NCBI GenBank assembly: GCA_964559985.1
Contig: CAZLJX010000006.1
Span: forward strand, 77,354 to 141,353
DNA from: an uncultured Bacteroidales bacterium
GTDB lineage: Bacteria > Bacteroidota > Bacteroidia > Bacteroidales > CAZLJX01
Direction of reading: 5' to 3'
Length of the DNA stretch: 64,000 bases
Of this stretch, positions 55,505 through 64,000 are shown one piece after another; position 1 is the first letter of the stretch; each line of letters starts with the position of its first letter. Under the pieces are notes generated by a model. It was not told the DNA's origin. It did not search any database and worked only from the letters and a program-made list of their open reading frames with translations. The translations under genes and the position numbers were made by a program.

Positions 55505-57259
55505 TTATTTTTTCGGAAAAAGCAACGACATTGCATTTTGTTTCCCGTTTGTGACCCACGCATCCGGAATAATTTTCCAGTTGGTTTCATCGGGTGGGAC
55601 TATGTGGTGATGCTGTTCAACCCATTGGATCAGGTAATAACGGATATCTTTTTCAGTAGAGAAGACAATGCGCCGGATAATTTCTTCCTGTGTCAGGCCG
55701 CAGCCTGAAGTGATATGGTTTCCGCCGCCATGGGCCCGGTACGAGTTAATGGCAACTTTGTATTTTCGGTCTATATCGAAATGTTCACCATTGCTCATTC
55801 CGCTGATGGTAATCCGATGACCTGGATCCCGGGTAATGTCAACGGTATATTCTATTCCATATGCAGCCGATAGGTTATAAGCAGGGTTGACCAATTTTCC
55901 GGTGATATTTCCTGAGCTGTCTTTTTTGAACAAAAGCATCGGATCGTCAGCATTTTTCATGGTGTTGAGCCACAATGAATATGAAAACTCAAGATACTGC
56001 AGTATTTCTTTTCCTGATAATTCCATCGTATACAGTAAGTTGTCGAACCGGTAAAGGGAAAACATATCGCTGATGGTCAGTGGGCCGCTATCTATTTTGA
56101 CATTGAGACTGAAAGGAGCGGTAAACGATATATCAGCTCCGGTAGTTTCAATCTGAATCTTGTGAATGATATTCATCATGGGGCACGGTCCAAACAAGGC
56201 ATCGGCCGATTGCATTGAGGCAGTTAATTCTCCGATCTTCCGGTCGACATATGCTTTTGTTTTTTTATCATAATCCGAAAACCGGCTGGTAAATTCCGGG
56301 TCAGGTTCATATTGTTTAACAGCTAATAAAGCGGGTTTTATAAATCTTATTTGGCTTTTTTTCCGGGTTTTTCTGATACTTATCTCTGCCACGGCAATGT
56401 TTTCGCACAATCCACCCGGATTCACAATAAAAACTTTGCGCCCGGCCTTATTAATCAATGAGTCGCAGAAAGGAGTGTGGTCATGGCCGGCAATCACAAG
56501 GTCAAAACCATCGACATTAAGGGCGACAATTTTTGAAGCATTTTCATTTTTATAACTGTCGTAATGATACCCGTTATATTCATAATCCATCCCGCTGTGC
56601 AGCAGGCCAATAACCAGGTCCGGATGTTCTGTGTTTCTGACAATTTCTATCCATTTTTGAGCCGATTCGGCCATGTCGTCAAACCGCATGCCGGCATAAA
56701 TGGAAGGAGGCAACCAGTTGGGAATAGCCGGTGTAATAAGCCCGATGATGGCAATTTTTATTTTTTTATAATTGACAATGGCATAAGGCTTAAAATAGGG
56801 CTGACCGTTTTTCTCGTTGATGGCGTTGGCCGCTAGCCAGGGAAAGGATGATTCGGCTACGATTTTATCATAAACGGCATGACCGGTTTCAATATCGTGA
56901 TTGCCCATGGTAGCGGCATCGTAACCCAGGTAATTAAACATTTGCGAAACCACGTTCAGGCTATCGGCCATATAGTAATTTGAGTAGTAAACCAATGGCT
57001 GACCCTGAAGCACATCGCCATTATCGAGTAAAACAACTTTTTGCGAACCATTGGTCTTCTGTTGCCTGATATAGGTGGCAGCCGATGCAAGAGAAGATTT
57101 CAGGTGGTTACGTTTCAGATAATCATAAGGCAAAAGGTTGCCGTGAAGGTCGGAGGTTGCTATGATTTTTATACGTGTTTCCTGTGCAAAAACCCGGAAA
57201 GTAAAAATCAAAGTGATCAATACCAGCGCAATAACAGCGACTACAAGTTTTATTTTCAT
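55505..57259 (-). CDS. Exported bifunctional metallophosphoesterase / 5'-nucleotidase (UshA-like)
   Basis: Signal peptide MKIKLVVAVIALVLITLIFTFRVFAQ. Calcineurin-like motifs (TSDLHG, DNGDVLQG, GNHDIETG, GHDH) and a C-terminal 5'-nucleotidase-like domain. I chose the start at 57259 for the signal peptide. Confidence 0.85.
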   Translation of the reverse strand: MKIKLVVAVIALVLITLIFTFRVFAQETRIKIIATSDLHGNLLPYDYLKRNHLKSSLASAATYIRQQKTNGSQKVVLLDNGDVLQGQPLVYYSNYYMADSLNVVSQMFNYLGYDAATMGNHDIETGHAVYDKIVAESSFPWLAANAINEKNGQPYFKPYAIVNYKKIKIAIIGLITPAIPNWLPPSIYAGMRFDDMAESAQKWIEIVRNTEHPDLVIGLLHSGMDYEYNGYHYDSYKNENASKIVALNVDGFDLVIAGHDHTPFCDSLINKAGRKVFIVNPGGLCENIAVAEISIRKTRKKSQIRFIKPALLAVKQYEPDPEFTSRFSDYDKKTKAYVDRKIGELTASMQSADALFGPCPMMNIIHKIQIETTGADISFTAPFSLNVKIDSGPLTISDMFSLYRFDNLLYTMELSGKEILQYLEFSYSLWLNTMKNADDPMLLFKKDSSGNITGKLVNPAYNLSAAYGIEYTVDITRDPGHRITISGMSNGEHFDIDRKYKVAINSYRAHGGGNHITSGCGLTQEEIIRRIVFSTEKDIRYYLIQWVEQHHHIVPPDETNWKIIPDAWVTNGKQNAMSLLFPKK

Positions 57260-57304
57260 AGTGGTAATGATTAAAAGAAAAGGAATTACAAATAAAGGCA
57301 TATA

Positions 57305-58279
57305 TCAGAATTGAGGCACTTGTTTAGGGTCTTTTTTCTGTTCCACCCCGTTTATCCATTCAGTTGTTTTTTCAAGTTTGCCTGTTTTGTCCCACCAGGT
57401 TGCTGTACCATTGGGTTTGCCATTTTTAAACGATACCTGGTAGCGTTTTATCCCATTGGGGTGATAAAAAACCCATGTACTGTCGCTTTTTCCCTGGTTA
57501 TAGAATTTTTGTGCCAGTAATTTGGCTGTTTCCTGATCAAATTCAAGCCATTCGCCATGTTCTTTGTCTTCTGAATAGGTTTCTTTTTTTATCAGTTGCC
57601 CTTTTTCATTATAGTTTTCCCAGATACCGTCTTTTTTCCCTTTTTTATACGATTGTACCGACTCTTTTTTACCACCAGGGTAATAGGTGATGATGACACC
57701 ATCTTCGACGCCCATATAATAATTCCCTTCGGCAATTTTTGAACCGTCTTCGAGATAGAAAGTCCATGGTCCGTGATCTTTACCCATGGCATAGCTCCTT
57801 TCAACTTCAAGGCTGCCGCTTCTGAACCAGTTGCGGAAAAATCCGTGCTGAATGCCTTCGAGGTAATTTTCTTCACGTTCAATGCTACCATCTTCATAAT
57901 AATAAAACCATGGCCCGTCCTGTTTTCCGTTTACATAAGAACCTTCGTAATATTTTTGTTCGTTGCTGTACCAGTAAGTCTGCGGCCCGTTCCAGACCCC
58001 GTTAACATAGCTCCATTCTCCCGATTGTACTCCGTTTGGGTGCCATCCTTTCCATGTTCCGCATCGTACCCCTTTATCAAAATATCCTTCTTTTTTCTTT
58101 TTGCCATTGTCGTATAATTCAATAAACTTACCTGTATACAGTTCTTTTGTGGCTTTCAGATAGGCTTTATCCTGAATCATTTCAATATCGGAAAGTTTAA
58201 CTTCCTGCGAAAACAAAAAAAATGGAATACCCGCAAAAAAGGTGGTGAAAAGCAATATAATGATTGGTTTATAATTCAT
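57305..58279 (-). CDS. Exported MORN-variant repeat protein (YwqK-like)
   Basis: Signal peptide ending FLFSQ, followed by ~10 repeats of the G-x-W-x-x-Y/W-Y-x-N-G pattern (GPWFYYYEDGS, GPWTFYLEDGS, GIWENYNEKGQ). The ATG overlaps the upstream TGA (ATGA at 58276..58279). Confidence 0.8.
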   Translation of the reverse strand: MNYKPIIILLFTTFFAGIPFFLFSQEVKLSDIEMIQDKAYLKATKELYTGKFIELYDNGKKKKEGYFDKGVRCGTWKGWHPNGVQSGEWSYVNGVWNGPQTYWYSNEQKYYEGSYVNGKQDGPWFYYYEDGSIEREENYLEGIQHGFFRNWFRSGSLEVERSYAMGKDHGPWTFYLEDGSKIAEGNYYMGVEDGVIITYYPGGKKESVQSYKKGKKDGIWENYNEKGQLIKKETYSEDKEHGEWLEFDQETAKLLAQKFYNQGKSDSTWVFYHPNGIKRYQVSFKNGKPNGTATWWDKTGKLEKTTEWINGVEQKKDPKQVPQF

Positions 58280-59358
58280 TTATTTCTGTTACTTTTCAGA
58301 ATATTACTTAATTTTTCCCATAAAATGGCATGAAAATTCATGCTTACGCTGTCGAAAGTAAATGTAGCAATTTTTTTTAAATATGGTTCATCGCTCCCTT
58401 TAAAATTATACAATCCGGCATATTCAGGATGAAACTGAAAACCCCACACGTTTGGAAAGGTTTTGTGGTAAAGTATTTCAGGTATTTTTCCATCACTTGA
58501 AGTGGCTGCAATCAACAGGTCGCAACCCGGGTTATCAACACACTGGTGATGATAGCTGTAAACTTTTGCATTAATTTTCCCCTGAAAATGAAAATAAGCA
58601 TTGATTTTGATTGTATCGGTAAATTTTAATGGATGAAACCAGCACTGGTCATCAATGGCAAATGGATTGATTCCGTATTCATAATTTTTATGACGGTTGT
58701 TGCTGTCGGCCATATTCAATGTTTCATAATTGTCGGTATGATAAAGAATGATGGGAATATCCTGGATAAGTGTTCCGCCGGCAGCTACATTGAGCGATTG
58801 CAAACCCAGGCAAAAACACCACACCGGCAATTCTTTTTTTGAGGCCAGCAATGGAGTGAATCCAGGGTTTTTATCATTCCCCACCAGGTGAAAAAGAAAA
58901 GATATTTCAAAATAATGGCGGTAAGGATCTTCAATAATGGTCATTAAATGGGTTGGCTGTCCATAAATTGCCGGGGGAATATCAGGACCTCCGTTGAAAA
59001 AGATTACATCTGCACTGTCAGTTATGCTTTTAAACCAAGGTGTTAAAGCATTGGTGCGGAATATTTCTGTTGGTTGAATGGTATCGGACAACCCGATAAG
59101 CCGGATATTCTTATGTCCGGAGTTTTTAATCCATTGCCTGGACTGGCTGTAATTATAAACTTCCATGGTGTGATAAACACCTGTAATCCGGTAATTTTCA
59201 ATATCAATACATTTTTTTTCGATCAGTTCAAGGTAATTTTCAAGGTTTTTTGCTGTGGGATGGATGATCACAATATTGATCTGTCCGGAAAGCTTGCACG
59301 CAGATATGAAAATCACCATCAAGACATGAAAAAGAATATTTGGAATTTTTTTAAACAT
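58276..59358 (-). CDS. Lipoprotein with a class I glutamine amidotransferase-like / peptidase C26 (gamma-glutamyl hydrolase) domain
   Basis: Lipoprotein-type signal VIFISAC. NGGPDIPPAIYG, nucleophile elbow WCFCLGLQ and GFQFHPE histidine motif, as in PuuD-like enzymes. Confidence 0.75.
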   Translation of the reverse strand: MFKKIPNILFHVLMVIFISACKLSGQINIVIIHPTAKNLENYLELIEKKCIDIENYRITGVYHTMEVYNYSQSRQWIKNSGHKNIRLIGLSDTIQPTEIFRTNALTPWFKSITDSADVIFFNGGPDIPPAIYGQPTHLMTIIEDPYRHYFEISFLFHLVGNDKNPGFTPLLASKKELPVWCFCLGLQSLNVAAGGTLIQDIPIILYHTDNYETLNMADSNNRHKNYEYGINPFAIDDQCWFHPLKFTDTIKINAYFHFQGKINAKVYSYHHQCVDNPGCDLLIAATSSDGKIPEILYHKTFPNVWGFQFHPEYAGLYNFKGSDEPYLKKIATFTFDSVSMNFHAILWEKLSNILKSNRNK

Positions 59359-59466
59359 TATCTGTTGTTTAGATTAAAGCTGCTCCGAAATTATTAATTT
59401 AACCAATATGTACCAAATGTTGTAAAACCCATCGGTAATGATGCAATTAGTTATTTCACCGGTTTA

Positions 59467-59522
59467 AATCAGGCAGGTACGAAAAATTTATTTTGCAGGA
59501 TAAATTAAGCCTGATTTTTTTT
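59467..59522 (+). promoter_or_regulatory. Terminator-like compound hairpin plus T-run in the pfp upstream region
   Basis: Outer stem aatcaggc/gcctgatt (59467..59474 with 59509..59516). Nested stem aatttat/ataaatt (59485..59491 with 59500..59506). The structure runs into 8 T. No plus-strand gene lies upstream for it to terminate. Confidence 0.3.
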
Positions 59523-59579
59523 ATAGGGAAAATTCACTATTTTTCGGCCATTTGGAAGAAACTTTAAATTATCTGAAAT

Positions 59580-60788
59580 ATGAGTAAAAACACAAAATCT
59601 TATAAAGGAACTATCGGAATTTTAACCGGTGGTGGTGATGTTCCGGGCCTTAATCCTGCAATACGTGCGGTAACTATCAGGGCAATACGTGAAGGCTATC
59701 GCGTTATTGGACTTAAACGCGGATGGGCAGGTATTGTTGAGGTAATACGCGATAAATCAGCCGATAACAGTCAGTTTTACCAGGTACTTTCCGAAGAAAT
59801 TGTAAACAAAGTAGGGCGTACAGGCGGAACGTTTCTGCATACTTCGCGTACCAATCCCAGCAAAATGGCTGCTTCGGCCGTGCCCGCTCATCTAAAGGAT
59901 AAATACAACCAACCGGTAAATGACCTGACCCCCGATGTGCTGAAAAACCTTGAATTCCTGGGAATTGATTACCTGATACCTATTGGCGGTGACGATACAC
60001 TCAGTTATGGTGTCAGGCTTTATAAAGAAGGTGTTAAGGTAGTAGCTATTCCAAAAACCATGGATAATGATGTCCCCGGAACCGACTATTGTATCGGGTT
60101 CAGTACCTGTGTTACCCGTACTATACAAATGACCAATAGCTTACGTACTTCGGCCGGTTCGCATGAAAGGCTTATGGTGATTGAAGTTTTCGGACGTTAT
60201 GCTGGTTTTACAGCACTGTTGCCCACCATGGCCGGAGCTGCCAATCGTTGCGTTATTCCCGAATATCCTTTTAAAATTGAAAGGTTAGCCGAGTTACTTG
60301 TCGAAGACCGGAATAATAATCCCAGTAAATATTCTGTGGTTTTAGTTTCGGAAGGTGCAACTTATGAAGGGCTTAACGAAATGGTATTTTCAAGCCAGGA
60401 GCGCGATGCCTTTGGACATGCCAAACTGGGTGGTATCGGCGATATTATTTCAAATAACCTGAAAGACTTATCGGCTCAATATAACAAAGGACAGACCATT
60501 AATGTAATCAATCAGAAACTGGGTTACCTGGTGCGTTGCGGCGACCCAGATGCTATTGACTCCATTGTTCCGATGGCATACGGTAATCTTGCGCTCGATC
60601 TTATCCTTAAAGGATTTCACGGGCGCCTGGTAAATCTTCGCAACGGACGTTACGACAATGCACCCCTCGATGTGGTTACCAGTTCTAAAAAAGTAATCAA
60701 CATTGCCGAAAATTACAATACCGACCGGTTAAGGCCGGCATATCAGAGTTTCGAATTCCGTCCTCTGTTTATTATGACAGGAAATTAA
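59580..60788 (+). CDS. pfp: Phosphofructokinase with PPi-type signature (diphosphate--fructose-6-phosphate 1-phosphotransferase)
   Basis: PFK-A family motifs TGGGDVPGLN, PIGGDDTLSYG (GGDD codons at 59985..59996) and IPKTMDNDV (Lys codon at 60054..60056). Confidence 0.8.
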   Translation: MSKNTKSYKGTIGILTGGGDVPGLNPAIRAVTIRAIREGYRVIGLKRGWAGIVEVIRDKSADNSQFYQVLSEEIVNKVGRTGGTFLHTSRTNPSKMAASAVPAHLKDKYNQPVNDLTPDVLKNLEFLGIDYLIPIGGDDTLSYGVRLYKEGVKVVAIPKTMDNDVPGTDYCIGFSTCVTRTIQMTNSLRTSAGSHERLMVIEVFGRYAGFTALLPTMAGAANRCVIPEYPFKIERLAELLVEDRNNNPSKYSVVLVSEGATYEGLNEMVFSSQERDAFGHAKLGGIGDIISNNLKDLSAQYNKGQTINVINQKLGYLVRCGDPDAIDSIVPMAYGNLALDLILKGFHGRLVNLRNGRYDNAPLDVVTSSKKVINIAENYNTDRLRPAYQSFEFRPLFIMTGN

Positions 60789-60813
60789 TGTTGTGGTAAA
60801 ATAATTACTGGTG

Positions 60814-60842
60814 AGGCTGTCGGATTCTGCACAAGGCAGCCT
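60814..60842 (+). terminator. Rho-independent terminator after pfp
   Basis: 8-bp stem aggctgtc/ggcagcct (one G-U pair) with a 13-nt loop, followed by TTTTTTATTTTT. It lies 26 nt after the stop. Confidence 0.5.
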
Positions 60843-60992
60843 TTTTTATTTTTAAGGTTTAGCAAAGAATAATTTTTAAGATAACAAACATCAAATTACT
60901 ATTATTCACTTAAAATCAATTAGTTATTATAAATCCGTTTTCTTGTACACCAAACCTGAATTTACTGCGTTGTTTTATAACATTTGTTTTGT

Positions 60993-61000
60993 TATTTTTG
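60993..61000 (+). promoter_or_regulatory. Candidate -7 promoter box (TAttTTTG) for the LysE-family gene
   Basis: TATTTTTG lies 30 nt upstream of the ATG at 61030. Confidence 0.4.
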
Positions 61001-61029
61001 TGCAATAAGGTGTGTAAGCTGTTTCAACG

Positions 61030-61671
61030 ATGCTTGATTTTTTTTGGAAAGGGATTATTGTAGGCCTTGCTGTATCGGCTCCTATGGGGCCAATAGGGGT
61101 GCTTTGTGTTCAGAAAACGGTAAATAAGGGCAAATGGCTTGGTTTTATTTCTGGCATGGGTGCTGCAAGTGCCGATACCCTGTATGCCGTAATTGCTGCT
61201 TTCAGTTTAACTTCGGTACAGGCTTTTTTACTCACTTTTCAGCAAAGTTTACAGGTGATTGGGATCGCTGTTTTATTATTTCTTGGACTGAAAATTTTTT
61301 ATACCAATCCGGCACGTCAGCTGCGTAAACAGGCAAGAAAAAAGCGCCATGGCATACTTGGCGATTACCTTTCGGTATTTTTCCTGACTTTTTCAAATCC
61401 ACTGACTGTTTTGTTTTTCGGGGCTGCATTTGCTGCCATAGGGCTTTTTGGCCAGGAATATAATTACCGTTCGGCATTTATGCTCATTTCCGGTACATTT
61501 ACAGGAGCCACTGTATGGTGGTTTATTTTAACCTCCATTGTGCATTCAATCAAACATCGCATCAGCCTGAAAAGCCTCTGGTGGATCAACAAAATATCTG
61601 GAGGTGTTATTGTTATTCTTGCAGTTGCATCGGCCGCAGGTTTTGTTTATCTGCTGGTTACAAAAACCTAA
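61030..61671 (+). CDS. LysE/RhtB family amino-acid exporter
   Basis: 213 aa with about six TM segments. The N-terminus [19 protein letters not shown] is typical of LysE-type translocators. Confidence 0.8.
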   Translation: MLDFFWKGIIVGLAVSAPMGPIGVLCVQKTVNKGKWLGFISGMGAASADTLYAVIAAFSLTSVQAFLLTFQQSLQVIGIAVLLFLGLKIFYTNPARQLRKQARKKRHGILGDYLSVFFLTFSNPLTVLFFGAAFAAIGLFGQEYNYRSAFMLISGTFTGATVWWFILTSIVHSIKHRISLKSLWWINKISGGVIVILAVASAAGFVYLLVTKT

Positions 61672-62324
61672 TCGGATTCAATAATCCCGTCACGCATTTT
61701 TATAATTCTGTCTGACATTTGTGCCAGCGAATTATCATGGGTTACAATAATGAACGTCTGGTTGAAATTGTCGCGTAGCTGGAAAAACAGGTTATGCAAT
61801 TCGGTTTTATTCTGTGAATCGAGATTTCCCGATGGCTCATCGGCCAGTATAACAACAGGTTTATTGATAAGCGCACGGGCAACGGCTACCCTTTGTTGTT
61901 CTCCGCCTGAAAGTTCATGGGGTTTGTGGTGCCAACGCTGTTTCAGGTTTAAAAATTCAAGCAGTTTCATGGCTTCGTGCTCTGCCTGTTTTTTTGATTT
62001 TCCGGAAATGAAAGCAGGGATGCACACATTTTCAATAGCTGTAAATTCGGGCAAAAGATGATGGAACTGAAAAACAAAACCTATTTTCTGGTTACGGAAA
62101 ACGGCAAGCTGGTTATCGCCAAGCTGATGAACACGAATGTCATCGATCTCAATATCACCGCTGTCGGGAGTGTCAAGTGTACCTGTAATCTGAAGCAGCG
62201 TTGTTTTACCAGCTCCCGAAGGGCCCACAATGGTAACGATTTCTCCTTTTTGTATTGTCAGGTCAATACCTTTGAGTACCTGAAGCGAACCAAACGATTT
62301 GGTGATTTTTCTTATCTCGATCAC
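61668..62324 (-). CDS. lolD: ABC transporter ATP-binding protein, LolD-like
   Basis: Walker [37 protein letters not shown] (LolD-like Q-loop region), signature [15 protein letters not shown] and Walker [13 protein letters not shown]. Confidence 0.8.
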   Translation of the reverse strand: MIEIRKITKSFGSLQVLKGIDLTIQKGEIVTIVGPSGAGKTTLLQITGTLDTPDSGDIEIDDIRVHQLGDNQLAVFRNQKIGFVFQFHHLLPEFTAIENVCIPAFISGKSKKQAEHEAMKLLEFLNLKQRWHHKPHELSGGEQQRVAVARALINKPVVILADEPSGNLDSQNKTELHNLFFQLRDNFNQTFIIVTHDNSLAQMSDRIIKMRDGIIESD

Positions 62325-62392
62325 AAAATATACGTATTTAATTTTTTATAATCTATCTAAGAGCAATTTTTTCAAACAGGTTTAAGTGTTTT

Positions 62393-62956
62393 TTATTCCC
62401 TGATTACTTTTACCACTCCTTTGCTGTCTATTTTAATAATGCCCGATGGTTTTCCCGGGGTTAATTCATCCCTGCGGAATTGCACTACGTAATCAGCCTT
62501 AGCTGCAATTTCAGGTTCAATCTGGCTGAAATTTTCCGGAAAAGGCTTCCCCGATATATTGGCCGATGTGGAAACAACAGGCTTTCTGAATTTTGAAATC
62601 AATGTTTTACAAAACTGGTCTGAAGCTACCCTCACAGCAACTGATCCATCTGAGGCAATAAGTGCCGGAGCCAGGTTTTTAGCTCCATCAAGCACCAGTG
62701 TTAGTGGCCTGGTGGTAAGTTCAATCAGTTCATAGGCAATGTCGGGTAACTGACTGACATAGGAAGGAATGCGTTGTGGAGTATCAACCAGTACAATAAG
62801 ACTTTTTGCATCATGGCGCTGTTTAATAGAATAAATGCGTTCAACGGCAGCCGGGTTTGTGGCATCGCAGCCTAATCCCCAGATGGTATCAGTCGGATAA
62901 AGTATTATCCCGCCTGCAAATAATATATCGAGGCATTTTTTAATGTCGTCCTGCAT
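62393..62956 (-). CDS. tsaC: L-threonylcarbamoyladenylate synthase (YrdC/TsaC type)
   Basis: GGIILYPTDTIWGLGCDA and VSTSANISG motifs. I chose the start at 62956 to avoid overlap with dapD. Confidence 0.85.
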   Translation of the reverse strand: MQDDIKKCLDILFAGGIILYPTDTIWGLGCDATNPAAVERIYSIKQRHDAKSLIVLVDTPQRIPSYVSQLPDIAYELIELTTRPLTLVLDGAKNLAPALIASDGSVAVRVASDQFCKTLISKFRKPVVSTSANISGKPFPENFSQIEPEIAAKADYVVQFRRDELTPGKPSGIIKIDSKGVVKVIRE

Positions 62957-62973
62957 GGCTGGGGGGTGTATTG

Positions 62974-63792
62974 CTAAACACAAATTTCAAATTCGCGCAA
63001 GGCTTCGTTGAGAGTTAGTTTCTGATCAGTTGATTCTTTGCGTTTACCTATAATGAAAGCGCAGGGCACCTGGAATTCACCGGCCGGAAATTGTTTTTTA
63101 ACACTTCCGGGAATAACGACAGAACGGGAGGGTACATAACCTTTATATTCAACCGGTTCGCTGCCGGTTACATCAATAATTTTTGTAGAGGAAGTAATTA
63201 CCGTGTTAGCCCCCAGTACCGCTTCAGATTCAATACGGACACCTTCAACCACAACGCAGCGCGACCCGATAAAACATCCGTCTTCAACAATCACCGGCAG
63301 TGCCTGCAAGGGTTCAAGAACGCCACCAATACCAACACCTCCGCTGATATGAACATTCTTCCCGATTTGTGCACACGATCCTACGGTTGCCCAGGTATCC
63401 ACCATTGTACCTTCATCGATATATGCACCGATATTGACATACGAAGGCATCAGAACAACGTTTTTGGCAATGTAGGCACCATAGCGTGCAACAGCAGTGG
63501 GAACTACCCTGACACCTAAATCCTGGTAACGGTTTTTAAGAGGAATTTTATCATGAAATTCGATGGGTCCTATTCTGATGGTTTCATTTTTACGGCATTG
63601 AAAATATAAAATGATGGCTTTTTTTACCCAGTCATTTACAAGCCAGCCATCGGGTGTGGGTTGTGCAACCCTTATTGAGCCTTTGTCGAGCATGTCTATC
63701 ACTTCAAACAACGATTCCTGGGTCTGGCGGCTTCCCAGCAACGATTTGTATTCCCATGCATTTTCAACGAAATGGCGTATTTTATCGCTCAT
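62974..63792 (-). CDS. dapD: 2,3,4,5-tetrahydropyridine-2,6-dicarboxylate N-succinyltransferase
   Basis: 272 aa. The N-terminal helical domain is followed by hexapeptide left-handed beta-helix repeats (GAYIDEGTMVDTWATVGSCAQIGKNVHISGGVGIGG). Confidence 0.9.
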   Translation of the reverse strand: MSDKIRHFVENAWEYKSLLGSRQTQESLFEVIDMLDKGSIRVAQPTPDGWLVNDWVKKAIILYFQCRKNETIRIGPIEFHDKIPLKNRYQDLGVRVVPTAVARYGAYIAKNVVLMPSYVNIGAYIDEGTMVDTWATVGSCAQIGKNVHISGGVGIGGVLEPLQALPVIVEDGCFIGSRCVVVEGVRIESEAVLGANTVITSSTKIIDVTGSEPVEYKGYVPSRSVVIPGSVKKQFPAGEFQVPCAFIIGKRKESTDQKLTLNEALREFEICV

Positions 63793-64000
63793 TGTTTATG
63801 TTTTTGTGTTAATAAATTTGATATTAATTATTTAGGCAAATTCCTGTTTTTTATACTGAACCTGAAAAGTACAAAAAAAATCATTATATCCAATCTTATG
63901 TCAGAAAACCCTATTTCGGGATATTGCACCGGATTTATATTGGTGTCAGAAAATAGAATATCGGTCTCTTTTTTTATTTTGACCAGATTCATAGGTTTTA

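Noticed and set aside
61668-61671. Convergent LysE-family and lolD genes whose stop codons overlap (ctaa)
   Set aside because: This is real in the sequence but is a common result of tight packing. I see no hairpin and no functional implication.
1-64000. Search for CRISPR arrays, IS elements, prophage, restriction-modification or known defence cassettes
   Set aside because: I saw no regularly spaced direct repeats, no transposase, integrase or recombinase motifs, and no nuclease/ATPase/methylase pairs typical of defence islands. The window looks like core chromosome.

Overview
This window reads as a gene-dense, uninterrupted stretch of a Bacteroidota chromosome. The taxon markers are a SusC/SusD pair, type IX secretion C-terminal sorting domains, a DUF3078-like porin, and TAnnTTTG -7 promoter boxes. 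I can support 48 protein-coding genes, one tRNA-Lys(CTT), about ten hairpin terminators and ten candidate -7 promoter boxes. I saw no transposase, integrase, phage gene, CRISPR array, restriction-modification gene or recognisable defence gene, and no pseudogenes. Most of the content is housekeeping: guaB, ftsK-lolA, recQ, dapD, tsaC, tlyA, SurA-like chaperones, MoxR, hutI/ftcD, arcC/argF and two phosphofructokinases. I do not see a convincing new system and say so plainly. Eight loci merit a second look. (1) A translationally coupled hybrid kinase (REC+HPt), an exported TPR anchor protein and a stand-alone receiver form a relay with no assigned input or output. (2) An exported trio combines a C26 amidase-like lipoprotein, a MORN/YwqK-like protein and a 5'-nucleotidase. 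(3) A SusC/SusD locus has two unknown lipoproteins but no CAZyme or regulator. (4) A PAS class III adenylate cyclase has a degenerate receiver. (5) A soluble histidine kinase carries a five-cysteine insert in its PAS domain. (6) A perfect 12-bp inverted repeat carries back-to-back -7 boxes and faces an ORF-free 280-bp gap. (7) An orphan enzyme fuses LeuC-like and LeuD-like domains. (8) Two PFK paralogues carry opposite phosphoryl-donor signatures. All functional calls rest on motif recognition by eye; no database search was run.
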